A stretch of 36,380 bases of DNA from Oscillospiraceae bacterium. Lineage in GTDB: Bacteria > Bacillota > Clostridia > Oscillospirales > Oscillospiraceae. Positions within the stretch are counted from its first letter, which is position 1, and each line of letters starts with the position of its first letter. Below are positions 1-8,487 of this stretch, one piece after another. The stretch covers positions 1 to 36,380 of the forward strand of contig CACYDX010000116.1 of assembly GCA_902773255.1 (NCBI GenBank), given 5' to 3'. Under the pieces are notes generated by a model. That model was not told the origin of the DNA. It did no database searches and saw only the letters and a program-made list of their open reading frames with translations. The translations under genes and the position numbers were made by a program.

Positions 1-1
1 C

Positions 2-202
2 ATGCTGGCAATGGTCATGCAGGGCATCAATCTGCCCATTGCAGAGGGCACTGTCCTCGCCGGTGCATACGCGATGATCCTCGGTATCGACGCCATACTC
101 GATATGGGCCGTACCGCTCTGAACGTCGTCGGCGACCTGACCTGCACCTGCTGCGTTGCCAAGCAGACAAAGTTCCTGAGAGAGGACTCCGTTATCTTAT
201 AA
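2..202 (+). CDS. 3' fragment of a dicarboxylate/amino acid:cation symporter (DAACS/SDF family); 5' end lies outside the window
   Basis: The ORF is open to the left window edge. The C-terminal sequence ...[28 protein letters not shown]... resembles the conserved last helices of sodium:dicarboxylate symporter family proteins. Confidence 0.7.
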   Translation: MLAMVMQGINLPIAEGTVLAGAYAMILGIDAILDMGRTALNVVGDLTCTCCVAKQTKFLREDSVIL

Positions 203-205
203 TCA

Positions 206-598
206 ATGAATCGGAAGGCGTTGGACAAGCGGCTGCAGGAGCTATACATCTATAGTGAATTCTATAACAGGAAGGAACTGAATGCTCTCGCACAGGTCAT
301 CGGAGATGACGAGACTCTCAACTGCATCCTCACGGGAGTGCATGAGGGAAACAGAAAGATGCTTGCGATAACCGACCGCCGCCTGATGATAATCTTTGCA
401 GGTGCGCTTTCCGCCAAGGATTTTACGGTCATACAGCGAAGTGCTGTAAAGGACTATAAGTTTGAAAAGAAATTTCTTTTCTCAAAGGCCGGCATTCGCA
501 CCAAGAACGGAACTGAGTTCGTGTTTGAAAACACACAGGGCTCTCTGAAGGATCTCTTCGAATGGGCCATGCAGCGGCCACTGCCCGCCACGGACTGA
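206..598 (+). CDS. small bacterial PH-domain protein (YokE-like)
   Basis: 130-aa ORF starting 3 nt after the symporter stop. The pattern ...LNCILTGVHEGNRKMLAITDRRLMIIFAG...FTVIQRSAVKDYKFEKKFLFSKAGIRT.NGTEFVFEN is typical of bacterial PH-like domains. A strong terminator follows. Confidence 0.65.
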   Translation: MNRKALDKRLQELYIYSEFYNRKELNALAQVIGDDETLNCILTGVHEGNRKMLAITDRRLMIIFAGALSAKDFTVIQRSAVKDYKFEKKFLFSKAGIRTKNGTEFVFENTQGSLKDLFEWAMQRPLPATD

Positions 599-612
599 AC
601 AGTAAAAAACGG

Positions 613-651
613 AAACGGGATGTCCTCTTTATCCGGGACATCCCGTTTTTT
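613..651 (+). terminator. intrinsic terminator after the PH-domain gene
   Basis: 13-bp perfect stem: aaacgggatgtcc (613-625) pairs with ggacatcccgttt (636-648). The stem runs into a T-tract (646-651). Confidence 0.8.
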
Positions 652-689
652 GATCATATTGCAATCATGTTAAGAAAGGATCTTGTCCA

Positions 690-1844
690 ATGAAACTGAA
701 AGAAAGGACAGATCTGTCCTTCCCGGAGGCAGCAAGTATCATAGTGGGTCACGGTATCGGCGCAGGAATACTGTCCGTGCCCTATCTCGCCTCGAGAAAC
801 AGTATCCGGGACATTATCATAATCCTGACTGTCTGCACTCTGTTCAACATAGTTCTGCACCTGCTCATAGCGGAGCTTTCGCTGAACAACGACGGCGCCC
901 AGTTCGTAAAATGCTTCAATGCAGAGCTTTTTTCCGGGCTTCTGAAAAAGATATTCACATGGGTCGCATTCGTGCTGATGGGCTTTTCGGTAATCGTGAA
1001 CGTAGGCGCCTATCTTACGGGAGCCGCGGCAGTATTCGAAAGCTGGTTCGGCGTGAGCCGGATATTGGGAATGCTCATCTTCTATGTGCTTTGCGCTTCA
1101 GTGGTGTTCTTCGGTGTAAAACTGGTGGGCATATGCGAAAAATACGCAGTAGGTGCGATGGTGTTAGTTGTTCTGATACTGCTAGTCGCGGTGCTGCGGG
1201 GAAACGTATCGCCTCTGCCCACGCAGTTCAGGACCTGGAGCAATGCCCTTGCACTATTCGGAATGGTCTCCTTCTCCCTTTCCGCCGTGATGTCCACCCC
1301 GCAGGTCGTAAAGGGGCTCGGCATGAAACCGGGCAAGATCCGCGCAGCGATAAGCACCGGCATCCTGGTGAACGCCTGCGTGATCTTCCTCGTCACCCTC
1401 ACCACCCTCATGGGCACGGGCTCTGATATAACCGAAGACGGTGCGCTCGTTGACCTCGCGCGGAAGATGGGCGGATGGGTAAGCATCGTGGGTTATATCT
1501 TCACGCTGCTCGCTCTTGCGACCTCATTCTGGACCAACACCCTGAATCTCAGGGATATGATCTCCGAGCAGCTGCACTGGAACCGGGACATCTGCTGGCT
1601 GGCAGCTTCCCTGCCGCCGCTCGTCCTTGCGATCCTCGCCGCTTCCAGCTTTGTGACGCTTTCGAGGATAGCAAGCATTATAATGGTCGTGACGAGCCTC
1701 GGCATCATCCTCGCATATAACCGTTCAAGAAAGCGCGTTGGAAGATCTGAACTCCTCGGCCCGCTCGGTACACTTCCTTTCCAGATGATCGTTCTTTCCC
1801 TTTCCCTGCTGGCAACCATCGGCTCGGTCCTGAAAGTGACCTGA
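690..1844 (+). CDS. amino acid permease, aromatic amino acid (Trp/Tyr permease-like) transporter family
   Basis: 384-aa polytopic membrane protein. The N-terminal motif IIVGHGIGAGILSVPYLAS is typical of Trp_Tyr_perm/Aa_trans-type permeases. An aaagga SD-like element lies about 9 nt upstream of the ATG. Confidence 0.7.
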   Translation: MKLKERTDLSFPEAASIIVGHGIGAGILSVPYLASRNSIRDIIIILTVCTLFNIVLHLLIAELSLNNDGAQFVKCFNAELFSGLLKKIFTWVAFVLMGFSVIVNVGAYLTGAAAVFESWFGVSRILGMLIFYVLCASVVFFGVKLVGICEKYAVGAMVLVVLILLVAVLRGNVSPLPTQFRTWSNALALFGMVSFSLSAVMSTPQVVKGLGMKPGKIRAAISTGILVNACVIFLVTLTTLMGTGSDITEDGALVDLARKMGGWVSIVGYIFTLLALATSFWTNTLNLRDMISEQLHWNRDICWLAASLPPLVLAILAASSFVTLSRIASIIMVVTSLGIILAYNRSRKRVGRSELLGPLGTLPFQMIVLSLSLLATIGSVLKVT

Positions 1845-1858
1845 CAAATAAAAAGCAT

Positions 1859-1890
1859 AAAGGCTCTGAGTAAAACTCAGAGCCTTTTTT
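1859..1890. terminator. bidirectional terminator between the convergent permease gene and glgP
   Basis: The stem aaaggctctgag / ctcagagccttt has a taaaa loop and is followed by a T-run on the + strand. It sits between two convergent stop codons. Confidence 0.75.
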
Positions 1891-1901
1891 GATGTCTGTT
1901 A

Positions 1902-4307
1902 TCAGTATTTAACGTTCCAGATGTTGTCCGCGTATTCCTTTATGGCGCGGTCAGCTGCGAAGATGCCGCTCTTACCAGTATTGATTATGGACATCCTTGC
2001 AAATTCATCGCTGTCCTTTATCGTGTTATACAGCCTGCTCTGGCAGTCCGCATAAGAGCGGTAGTCCGCGATGAGCATATACGGATCTCCCCCGAATATC
2101 AGCGAGGAAACAAGATCCGAATAACTCTTGCCGTCGGAGAAGCCGATGTTGAGGCGGTTGAGGATACGGGAGATCCTCTCGTCAGTTCTTGAGATATGCT
2201 CCGGATTATAGCCGGATCTTCTCAATCTCTCTATCTCGTCCGTATGGAGTCCGAAAAGGAACATGTTCTCATCGCCGAGCTGTTCATACATCTCCACGTT
2301 TGCGCCGTCGAGCGTGCCGATGGTAACGGCGCCGTTCATCATGAGCTTCATACAGCCCGTACCGGAAGCCTCTTTACCGGCAGTGGAAATCTGTTCGGAG
2401 ATCTGGGCCGCGGGGATGATGGCCTCTGCCGCGGATACCCTGTAGTTCTCAACGAAGTAGACCTGGAGCTTATCCTTGCAGAGAGGATCGTTCGCAAGCT
2501 CCTTTGAGAGCGAGAGCAGCAGCTCTATGATCCTCTTGGCAGTCTTATATGCGGCGGCGGCTTTCGCGCCGAACACGAAGGTGCGGGGCACGAATTCCCT
2601 GTTGGGGTCGTCGTGGATCTGCATCCACTGGTCCACGATGCTCATCGCACAGAGGAGCTGCCTCTTGTACTCATGGAGTCTTTTGATCTGCACATCGATG
2701 ATGCTGTCCGGATTGAGGATGTAATTGTCGTTTCTCTTGGCAAACTCGGCGAATCTTCTTTTGTTGTCGGCCTTGATAAGATTGATCTGCTTTCTTACCT
2801 CGCTGTCGTCAGCGAAAGCGCAGAATTTTCCGAGCTCCTCGGGCCTGGTGAGATAATCATCATTACCGAGAGTTTCGCAGACGAGATCATGCAGCCCCGG
2901 ATTGATCTGAGCGAGCCAGCGGCGGTGGTCAATGCCGTTGGTGACATAGGTGAACAGTTCGGGCTTGAGTCCGCAGATATCCTTGAAGAGATCCTGCTTG
3001 AGTATGTCGCCGTGCAGTCTGGAAACACCGTTCACTTTGTAGCAGGTGGCAAGGCACATATTCGCCATGAAGACCTGATCGTTTTTGATGATAAGGTTTC
3101 TGCCGACACGTTCATCGTTCCCGAAGGAATAGATAAGGGTATTGGCCCAGCGTTTGTTTATCTCGCAGATGATCTCCCAGATCCTCGGCATCAGCTGCTG
3201 GACGAGGGACTGCGGCCATTTTTCGAGCGCCTCGCTCATAACAGTATGGTTGGTATAGGCAACAGAAGCCTTTACAAGATCCCAAGCCTCGTCCCAACCG
3301 AGATTATATTCATCCATGAATATCCGCATGAGCTCGGGGATAATGAGCGTCGGATGAGTGTCGTTTATCTGGATGGTATGGTGCTCGGGAAAGGACCGGA
3401 TATCTCCCCATACTTTTATATGTTTGCGGACTATATCCTGCGCCGTGGCAGAGACGAAGAAATACTGCTGCTTCAGTCTGAGAGTCTTTCCCTTTATGTG
3501 GTCGTCCGCGGGATACAGGACTTTTGTGATGACCTCAGCGAGGGTCCTCTGCTCCATACTCTTTACATACTCGCCTTCTGAGAAAAGGAACATGTCCAGA
3601 GAACTGGGACTTCTGGCTTCCCAAAGTCTGAGCAGGTTGATCTTTTTTCCGCCGTATCCGGCGATTAGCATATCCTCGGGGACCGCCGTCACCGAGGTAT
3701 AGCCCGTATGCTGGAAGGAATAATGTCCGTAGCTGTCCCAGTGGGGGGAAAGCTGTCCGCCGAAACGCACCTCGACCGCCTCGTCGAACTTCGGGACCAG
3801 CCAGCTGTTCATGGCATTGCCCCAGGAGTCCTCCACCTCGGTCTGCTTGCCGTCAACGAATTTCTGGCGGAATATTCCCAGCTCATAGCATATTGAGTAT
3901 CCGGATGCCTCCATTCCGAGGGTCGCCATACTGTCCATATAGCAGGCTGCGAGTCTTCCCAAACCGCCGTTTCCCAGACCGGCATCCGGCTCCTCCTCGA
4001 AGATGTCAGAAGCATTCCTTCCCATATCAGCCAGTGCCTCGGTGAGAGCCTCTCCCACGCCCAGATTGAATGCGTTCTTCATAAGGCTTCTGCCGAGAAG
4101 GAACTCCATAGACATATAATGGACTTCCTTGCCGGGCTTTTTCTCCGGCTCGGCCGTGCGAAAGCGGCTCATTATCTCTCTCAGCACCTGAGCGGCAGCC
4201 TGAAACACCTGATCATCAGTCGCATCTTTGTTGGTGACGCAGAAGTATGCGCTCAGTTTGTCCTCTATAGCACCGCGAATTTCGTCTTTGGATATTTCAC
4301 TTACCAT
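1902..4307 (-). CDS. glgP: glycogen/alpha-glucan phosphorylase
   Basis: 801 aa. It carries the PLP-lysine signature EASGTGCMKLMMNGA and full-length similarity to GT35 phosphorylases (e.g. HYMSMEFLLGRSL, INDTHPTL). A ggagga SD lies upstream. Confidence 0.95.
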   Translation of the reverse strand: MVSEISKDEIRGAIEDKLSAYFCVTNKDATDDQVFQAAAQVLREIMSRFRTAEPEKKPGKEVHYMSMEFLLGRSLMKNAFNLGVGEALTEALADMGRNASDIFEEEPDAGLGNGGLGRLAACYMDSMATLGMEASGYSICYELGIFRQKFVDGKQTEVEDSWGNAMNSWLVPKFDEAVEVRFGGQLSPHWDSYGHYSFQHTGYTSVTAVPEDMLIAGYGGKKINLLRLWEARSPSSLDMFLFSEGEYVKSMEQRTLAEVITKVLYPADDHIKGKTLRLKQQYFFVSATAQDIVRKHIKVWGDIRSFPEHHTIQINDTHPTLIIPELMRIFMDEYNLGWDEAWDLVKASVAYTNHTVMSEALEKWPQSLVQQLMPRIWEIICEINKRWANTLIYSFGNDERVGRNLIIKNDQVFMANMCLATCYKVNGVSRLHGDILKQDLFKDICGLKPELFTYVTNGIDHRRWLAQINPGLHDLVCETLGNDDYLTRPEELGKFCAFADDSEVRKQINLIKADNKRRFAEFAKRNDNYILNPDSIIDVQIKRLHEYKRQLLCAMSIVDQWMQIHDDPNREFVPRTFVFGAKAAAAYKTAKRIIELLLSLSKELANDPLCKDKLQVYFVENYRVSAAEAIIPAAQISEQISTAGKEASGTGCMKLMMNGAVTIGTLDGANVEMYEQLGDENMFLFGLHTDEIERLRRSGYNPEHISRTDERISRILNRLNIGFSDGKSYSDLVSSLIFGGDPYMLIADYRSYADCQSRLYNTIKDSDEFARMSIINTGKSGIFAADRAIKEYADNIWNVKY

Positions 4308-4330
4308 ATATCATTTGTCCTCCAATAAAA

Positions 4331-4355
4331 CAGAGGCGGCCTTTTGCCGCCTCTG
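4331..4355 (-). terminator. GC-rich hairpin between glgD and glgP (likely partial terminator or RNA stabiliser)
   Basis: 10-bp perfect stem cagaggcggc / gccgcctctg with a 5-nt loop. On the minus strand it is followed directly by TTTTATT and then by the glgP SD (GGAGGA). Confidence 0.6.
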
Positions 4356-4377
4356 CGACTTTTTTCAGTATATTATA

Positions 4378-5484
4378 TCAGATAACAGCACCCTTGGGAA
4401 CCACTATCGGCAGTCTGTCGCTGCCTACCAGGGTGACGCCCTCTGAAAACTGAACGTTCTTATCTGCGATCACGCAGTTGAGCTCAACGCCTTCCTCTAC
4501 CGAGCAGGCCCTCATCAGAATGCTGTTCTTTATTTTGGCGCCGGCACTGATGGCCACCCCCGGGAAAATGATGCTGTTTTCAACACTGCCGTTTATCCAG
4601 CAGTTGTCGGCTATCAGGCTGTTTCTGCAATCTGCGCCTTCTCCGTACAAGGTGCTGGTTATTTCATTGTTCTTTGTCTTTACCGGCCTGTCCTTCGGGA
4701 AAAGGCTCTTTCTGTTCTCAGGCTTGAGAAGGTCCTTGTTGGCCTGATAATATTCATCGACCGTACGGATAAACGATACATATCCCTCATGCATGTACAC
4801 GCCCATCTTTCCGCCGTCTTTGAAGAAGTCGGCAAGCGCTTCCTTATGGAAGCGGAACTGGTTCATCACCATGGCGTTCCTGACCATATCAACAAGGAAC
4901 TTTTTGTTTACTATGTAGCACTCCATGGCGGTAAGGCCTTCAGCGTCGCCGGAGTATCTGATCTCGGAGATGAATCCGTCCTCGCCGCGAACATATTTAT
5001 AGTGCTGGCTGGAAATGTTTTTCTCCGTGCAGATAGCCGTGATCTCGACTCCGGAAGCTATATGCTTTTTCAGGGCGTCAGTCAGGTCGATATTGGCGCA
5101 GAGGCTTCCGAGCATGAGCACGATGTAGTTCTGACGGCTCTCTTCAATATAGGTGATTACGGCGCTCAGAGCTTCGATGGTACCCGAATAGTTGCCGTGG
5201 TGGAATTCCGGAAGTCCGAACGGGGGAAGGATCCTCAGTCCGTGGCTCTTGCGGTCCATATCCCAGGCCTTGCCGCTGCCCAGATGATCAAGCAGGGACT
5301 GATAGTCTCTCTGCATGATCACGCCGACGTCAAATATCCCTGCGTTCATCATCGACGACAACGAAAAGTCGATCATGCGGTATCTTCCCGCGAAAGGCAA
5401 GGAAGCGGCAGTCCTCTGTTTTACGAGATCTCCGAGATCCGGAGACGCGCTGTAAGCAAATATGATTCCCTTTGCGTCTGTCAT
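4378..5484 (-). CDS. glgD: glucose-1-phosphate adenylyltransferase, GlgD (regulatory) subunit
   Basis: 368 aa and homologous to GlgC (LPFAGRYRMIDFSLSSMMNAGI), but it lacks the N-terminal GGxGxRL motif. It lies immediately downstream of glgC with a 1-nt gap, as in Firmicutes glgCD pairs. Confidence 0.9.
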   Translation of the reverse strand: MTDAKGIIFAYSASPDLGDLVKQRTAASLPFAGRYRMIDFSLSSMMNAGIFDVGVIMQRDYQSLLDHLGSGKAWDMDRKSHGLRILPPFGLPEFHHGNYSGTIEALSAVITYIEESRQNYIVLMLGSLCANIDLTDALKKHIASGVEITAICTEKNISSQHYKYVRGEDGFISEIRYSGDAEGLTAMECYIVNKKFLVDMVRNAMVMNQFRFHKEALADFFKDGGKMGVYMHEGYVSFIRTVDEYYQANKDLLKPENRKSLFPKDRPVKTKNNEITSTLYGEGADCRNSLIADNCWINGSVENSIIFPGVAISAGAKIKNSILMRACSVEEGVELNCVIADKNVQFSEGVTLVGSDRLPIVVPKGAVI

Positions 5485-5485
5485 T

Positions 5486-6682
5486 TCAGAACTCCTCCTC
5501 TCCTGTATAGACCATGGCTCCGGCAGGTATCCGGGCGCTCTCCTTTATACAGATATCCGGTCCGCAGGTGGCAACGCCCCAGTTCTCACTTCCGTCGGGA
5601 GGATTGCCCACCACTGCGTTTTCGGAGATTACGGTGTTCTCACCGACTATCGCATACTGCACAGTTGCTCCTGCCTTTACGGTAACACCGGGCATCAGCA
5701 CGCTATAAAGAACGTTAGCACCTTTTTCCACCGTTACGGCACTCGAGAGCACCGAGTTCTCAATTCTGCCGTCGATATCGCAGCCTTCGGTGATGATCGA
5801 GTAGATTATCTCGGCATTCTCGCCGACATAATGAGGTGGTACGGTATCGTTGCGGGAACTGATCGGCCAGCTGCTGTCATACAGTGAGAGAGTCTCGGGT
5901 GTGAGCAGGTCCATGTTGGCATCCCACAGGCTGGTGATCGTTCCGACATCTCTCCAGTAGCCCTTGAAGCGGTATGCAAAGAGCTTTTCTCCCGCGTTGA
6001 GCATCGTCGGGATTATATTTTTGCCGAAGTCGTTGGAGGAATTGGGGTCGTTCTCGTCGTCGATGAGGTATTTTCTGAGCTTCTCCCAGTTGAAGATATA
6101 GATACCCATCGATGCAAGGTCGCTCTTCGGATGCTTGGGTTTTTCCTCAAACTCAGTAATATAGTCGGCCTCGTCGACGCTCATGATACCCAGGCGGGTA
6201 GCTTCCTCCATCGAGACCTGCTGGACTGCTATGGTGCACGCCGCATTATGCTCGAGATGCTCCCTGAGCATATCGGAATAGTCCATCTTATAGATATGGT
6301 CGCCTGAGAGGATGAGCACGTTCTCGGGATCGTACTCATCTATGAAGTTGATGTTCTGGTAGATCGCATTGGCAGTGCCTCTGAACCAGGAGCCCTTTTC
6401 TCCCGCTCCGAGGTAAGGCGGAAGGATATAGGCCCCGCCCGTGGATGTGTCAAGATCCCAGGGCTGGCCGTTGCCTATGTAGCTGTTGAGCTTCATCGGT
6501 TTGTACTGGGTGAGCACGCCTACGGTGTCGATGCCGGAGTTTGCGCAGTTCGAGAGCGGAAAATCAATTATCCTGTATTTTCCGCCGAATGGAACGCTCG
6601 GCTTTGCCACCTGCTGGGTCAGAGCATAGAGTCTCGAGCCCTGTCCTCCTGCAAGGAGCATTGCTATGCATTTTTTCTTCAT
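5486..6682 (-). CDS. glgC: glucose-1-phosphate adenylyltransferase
   Basis: 398 aa. The N-terminus [43 protein letters not shown] is the canonical ADP-glucose pyrophosphorylase signature. An aggag SD lies upstream. Confidence 0.95.
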   Translation of the reverse strand: MKKKCIAMLLAGGQGSRLYALTQQVAKPSVPFGGKYRIIDFPLSNCANSGIDTVGVLTQYKPMKLNSYIGNGQPWDLDTSTGGAYILPPYLGAGEKGSWFRGTANAIYQNINFIDEYDPENVLILSGDHIYKMDYSDMLREHLEHNAACTIAVQQVSMEEATRLGIMSVDEADYITEFEEKPKHPKSDLASMGIYIFNWEKLRKYLIDDENDPNSSNDFGKNIIPTMLNAGEKLFAYRFKGYWRDVGTITSLWDANMDLLTPETLSLYDSSWPISSRNDTVPPHYVGENAEIIYSIITEGCDIDGRIENSVLSSAVTVEKGANVLYSVLMPGVTVKAGATVQYAIVGENTVISENAVVGNPPDGSENWGVATCGPDICIKESARIPAGAMVYTGEEEF

Positions 6683-6710
6683 AGTCGAAAGTCTCCTTCT
6701 GTCTTGCTGT

Positions 6711-7301
6711 TCAGTTATATATGTTCATGGCGCGTTCCGCGCCTTCGCTTATGTAGCATGCGGCGGCATCTGCAGCTCTTCCGGCCGCGTCCGCAATATC
6801 TTCTGCGTCTTGGTTCTTGAATACGGAGAGGACCCAGTCTTTGACATCATAGTTCGGATGCGGCGGCGCTCCGACGCCGAGCCTTATCCTCGGAAATTCC
6901 TCCGTACCAAGCTTTTCTATTATGCTCTTCAGTCCGTTATGTCCTCCGGAGGAACCCTTGCTCTTCACCCTGATCTTCCCTATGGGAAGAGCCATCTCGT
7001 CGGAGATCACAATCACATGGTCCGCCGGGATCTTATAGAACCTCACGGCCTGCGCCACTGCCTCTCCCGAGAGGTTCATATAGGTCTGCGGCTTCATCAC
7101 CATAACCGTATCCCCGCCGATAGAGCAGATCCCCGTCAGAGCCTTGAAGCGCAGTTTATTCACGGCTACTCCGAATTTTCTGGAAATGGCGTCAGCCGCC
7201 ATGAAACCGGCATTGTGCCTGGTGCCCTCATACCTCGGTCCGGGATTGCCGAGGCATACTATGAGCCACTTGGGGGCGCCTTTCTGTCTTTCAAAAAACA
7301 T
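6711..7301 (-). CDS. pth: peptidyl-tRNA hydrolase
   Basis: 196 aa with [21 protein letters not shown] and GGHNGLKSI motifs. Confidence 0.95.
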   Translation of the reverse strand: MFFERQKGAPKWLIVCLGNPGPRYEGTRHNAGFMAADAISRKFGVAVNKLRFKALTGICSIGGDTVMVMKPQTYMNLSGEAVAQAVRFYKIPADHVIVISDEMALPIGKIRVKSKGSSGGHNGLKSIIEKLGTEEFPRIRLGVGAPPHPNYDVKDWVLSVFKNQDAEDIADAAGRAADAAACYISEGAERAMNIYN

Positions 7302-7303
7302 GA

Positions 7304-8266
7304 TCAGTTATCGAACATGCTGCCGAGAGAAACTTCCTCGTATACCCTGCGGATAGCTTCCGCAAAGATAGGCGCAGTGGACATATAGGTTATCTTGTCG
7401 CAGGGCTCGGCGGGCTGATAGGGGATGGTATCAAGCAGGCGAAGCTCTTTTATGCAGCTGTTGTTTATCCTCTCGATGGCCGGTCCGGAAAGCACTCCGT
7501 GGGTAGCGCAGGCATACACTTCCTTTGCCCCGCCTATCTCAACTATGGCGTTGGCTGCTCCGCAGAGAGACCCCGCAGTATCTACAATGTCGTCTAGCAT
7601 GATACAGGTCTTTCCCTCGACATTGCCTATTATATTCTTTACTTCAGACTGGTTTGCCCTCTCACGGCGCTTGTCTACTATTGCAAGATTCACTCCGAGT
7701 TTCATCGCAAAAGCTCTGGCTCTGGCTGTGCTGCCGACATCGGGAGATACTACCATCACATCCTCATTTCCCTTCCCGAAGGTCTTGGCATAATACTTTG
7801 AAAAGATATAAGCACCCTGGAGATTATCCACGGGGATATCAAAGAATCCCTGGATCTGGGCGGCGTGCAGGTCCATAGTAAGTACCCTGTCCGCCCCAGC
7901 CGCGGTGATAAGGTTTGCCACAAGCTTGGCAGAGATAGGATCGCGGCTCTTGGCCTTCCTGTCCTGCCGGGCATAGCCGAAATACGGGATCACCGCAGTG
8001 ATCCTGCCTGCAGACGCGCGGCGCATGGCGTCTATCATTATTAGAAGCTCCATAAGGTTGTCGTTTACGCGGTTGCAGGTGGACTGGATGATAAAGACAT
8101 CATTGCCCCTGACAGGCTCATAAACGGATATCGAGCATTCCCCGTCAGCAAACTGAGTCACCGACGCCTTTCCCATCTGAAGGAAAAGCTGGGCGCATAT
8201 GTCCTCTGCCAGTTCGGGATTTGAGTTTCCACAGAACACTTTGAGTTCCTTACCGTGAGATATCAT
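7304..8266 (-). CDS. prs: ribose-phosphate pyrophosphokinase (PRPP synthetase)
   Basis: 320 aa with DLHAAQIQGFF and the PRPP-binding loop IMLDDIVDTAGSL. A gggaga SD lies upstream. Confidence 0.95.
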   Translation of the reverse strand: MISHGKELKVFCGNSNPELAEDICAQLFLQMGKASVTQFADGECSISVYEPVRGNDVFIIQSTCNRVNDNLMELLIMIDAMRRASAGRITAVIPYFGYARQDRKAKSRDPISAKLVANLITAAGADRVLTMDLHAAQIQGFFDIPVDNLQGAYIFSKYYAKTFGKGNEDVMVVSPDVGSTARARAFAMKLGVNLAIVDKRRERANQSEVKNIIGNVEGKTCIMLDDIVDTAGSLCGAANAIVEIGGAKEVYACATHGVLSGPAIERINNSCIKELRLLDTIPYQPAEPCDKITYMSTAPIFAEAIRRVYEEVSLGSMFDN

Positions 8267-8277
8267 TTCGTTCTCCC

Positions 8278-8301
8278 TTATTAAGCAGTTTATTAAGCAG
8301 T
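8278..8301 (-). repeat. perfect 12-nt tandem duplication in the prs leader
   Basis: ttattaagcagt occurs twice back to back (8278-8289 and 8290-8301). On the minus strand this reads ACTGCTTAATAA x2, immediately 5' of the prs SD. Confidence 0.9.
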
Positions 8302-8413
8302 ATTATATTATCATTCGCCGGATCATCATTTGCAGATAATCCCACAAATGCATTGTATCACAAAAGGCATGTGAATAAAAGTGAATCCGCCTCAAAACAC
8401 GGAAAAAAATTAA

Positions 8414-8442
8414 TTTACAATCATAGGGAATTTGTTTATAAT
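8414..8442 (+). promoter_or_regulatory. putative sigma-A promoter of prfB
   Basis: TTTACA (8414-8419), a 17-nt spacer, then TATAAT (8437-8442). It lies about 45 nt upstream of the ATG at 8488. Confidence 0.5.
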
Positions 8443-8487
8443 ATTTTAGCTGTTTACGGGCTTATTTCACGCGAAGGAATAACGCTC

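Noticed and set aside
2613-3581. Long antisense or alternative-frame ORFs inside well-supported genes: 2613-3581 (+) in glgP, 4789-5685 (+) in glgD/glgC, 683-1426 (+) in the permease, 9852-10529 and 10620-11327 (-) in the PPIase gene, 30693-31415 (-) in tex, and 35609-36259 (+) in mutS.
   Set aside because: Each lies wholly within a gene whose product has clear family motifs on the other strand or frame. Their translations are Arg/His/Pro/Ser-rich or otherwise featureless, with no recognisable motif or SD. Such open antisense frames are expected from the codon bias of moderately GC-rich genes.
8353-8487. A 45-codon N-terminal extension of the prfB ORF (MYHKRHVNKSESASKHGKK...).
   Set aside because: The extension contains a near-consensus promoter (8414-8442) and the SD for the ATG at 8488. 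RF2 homology starts at 8488, and the extension has no RF2-like sequence.
8267-8487. A possible riboswitch, T-box or sRNA in the two largest intergenic regions (8267-8487 and 25983-26225).
   Set aside because: I recognise no conserved riboswitch or T-box core motifs or long nested helices. Both gaps are adequately explained as divergent promoter regions with plausible -35/-10 boxes and, in the second, operator-like repeats.
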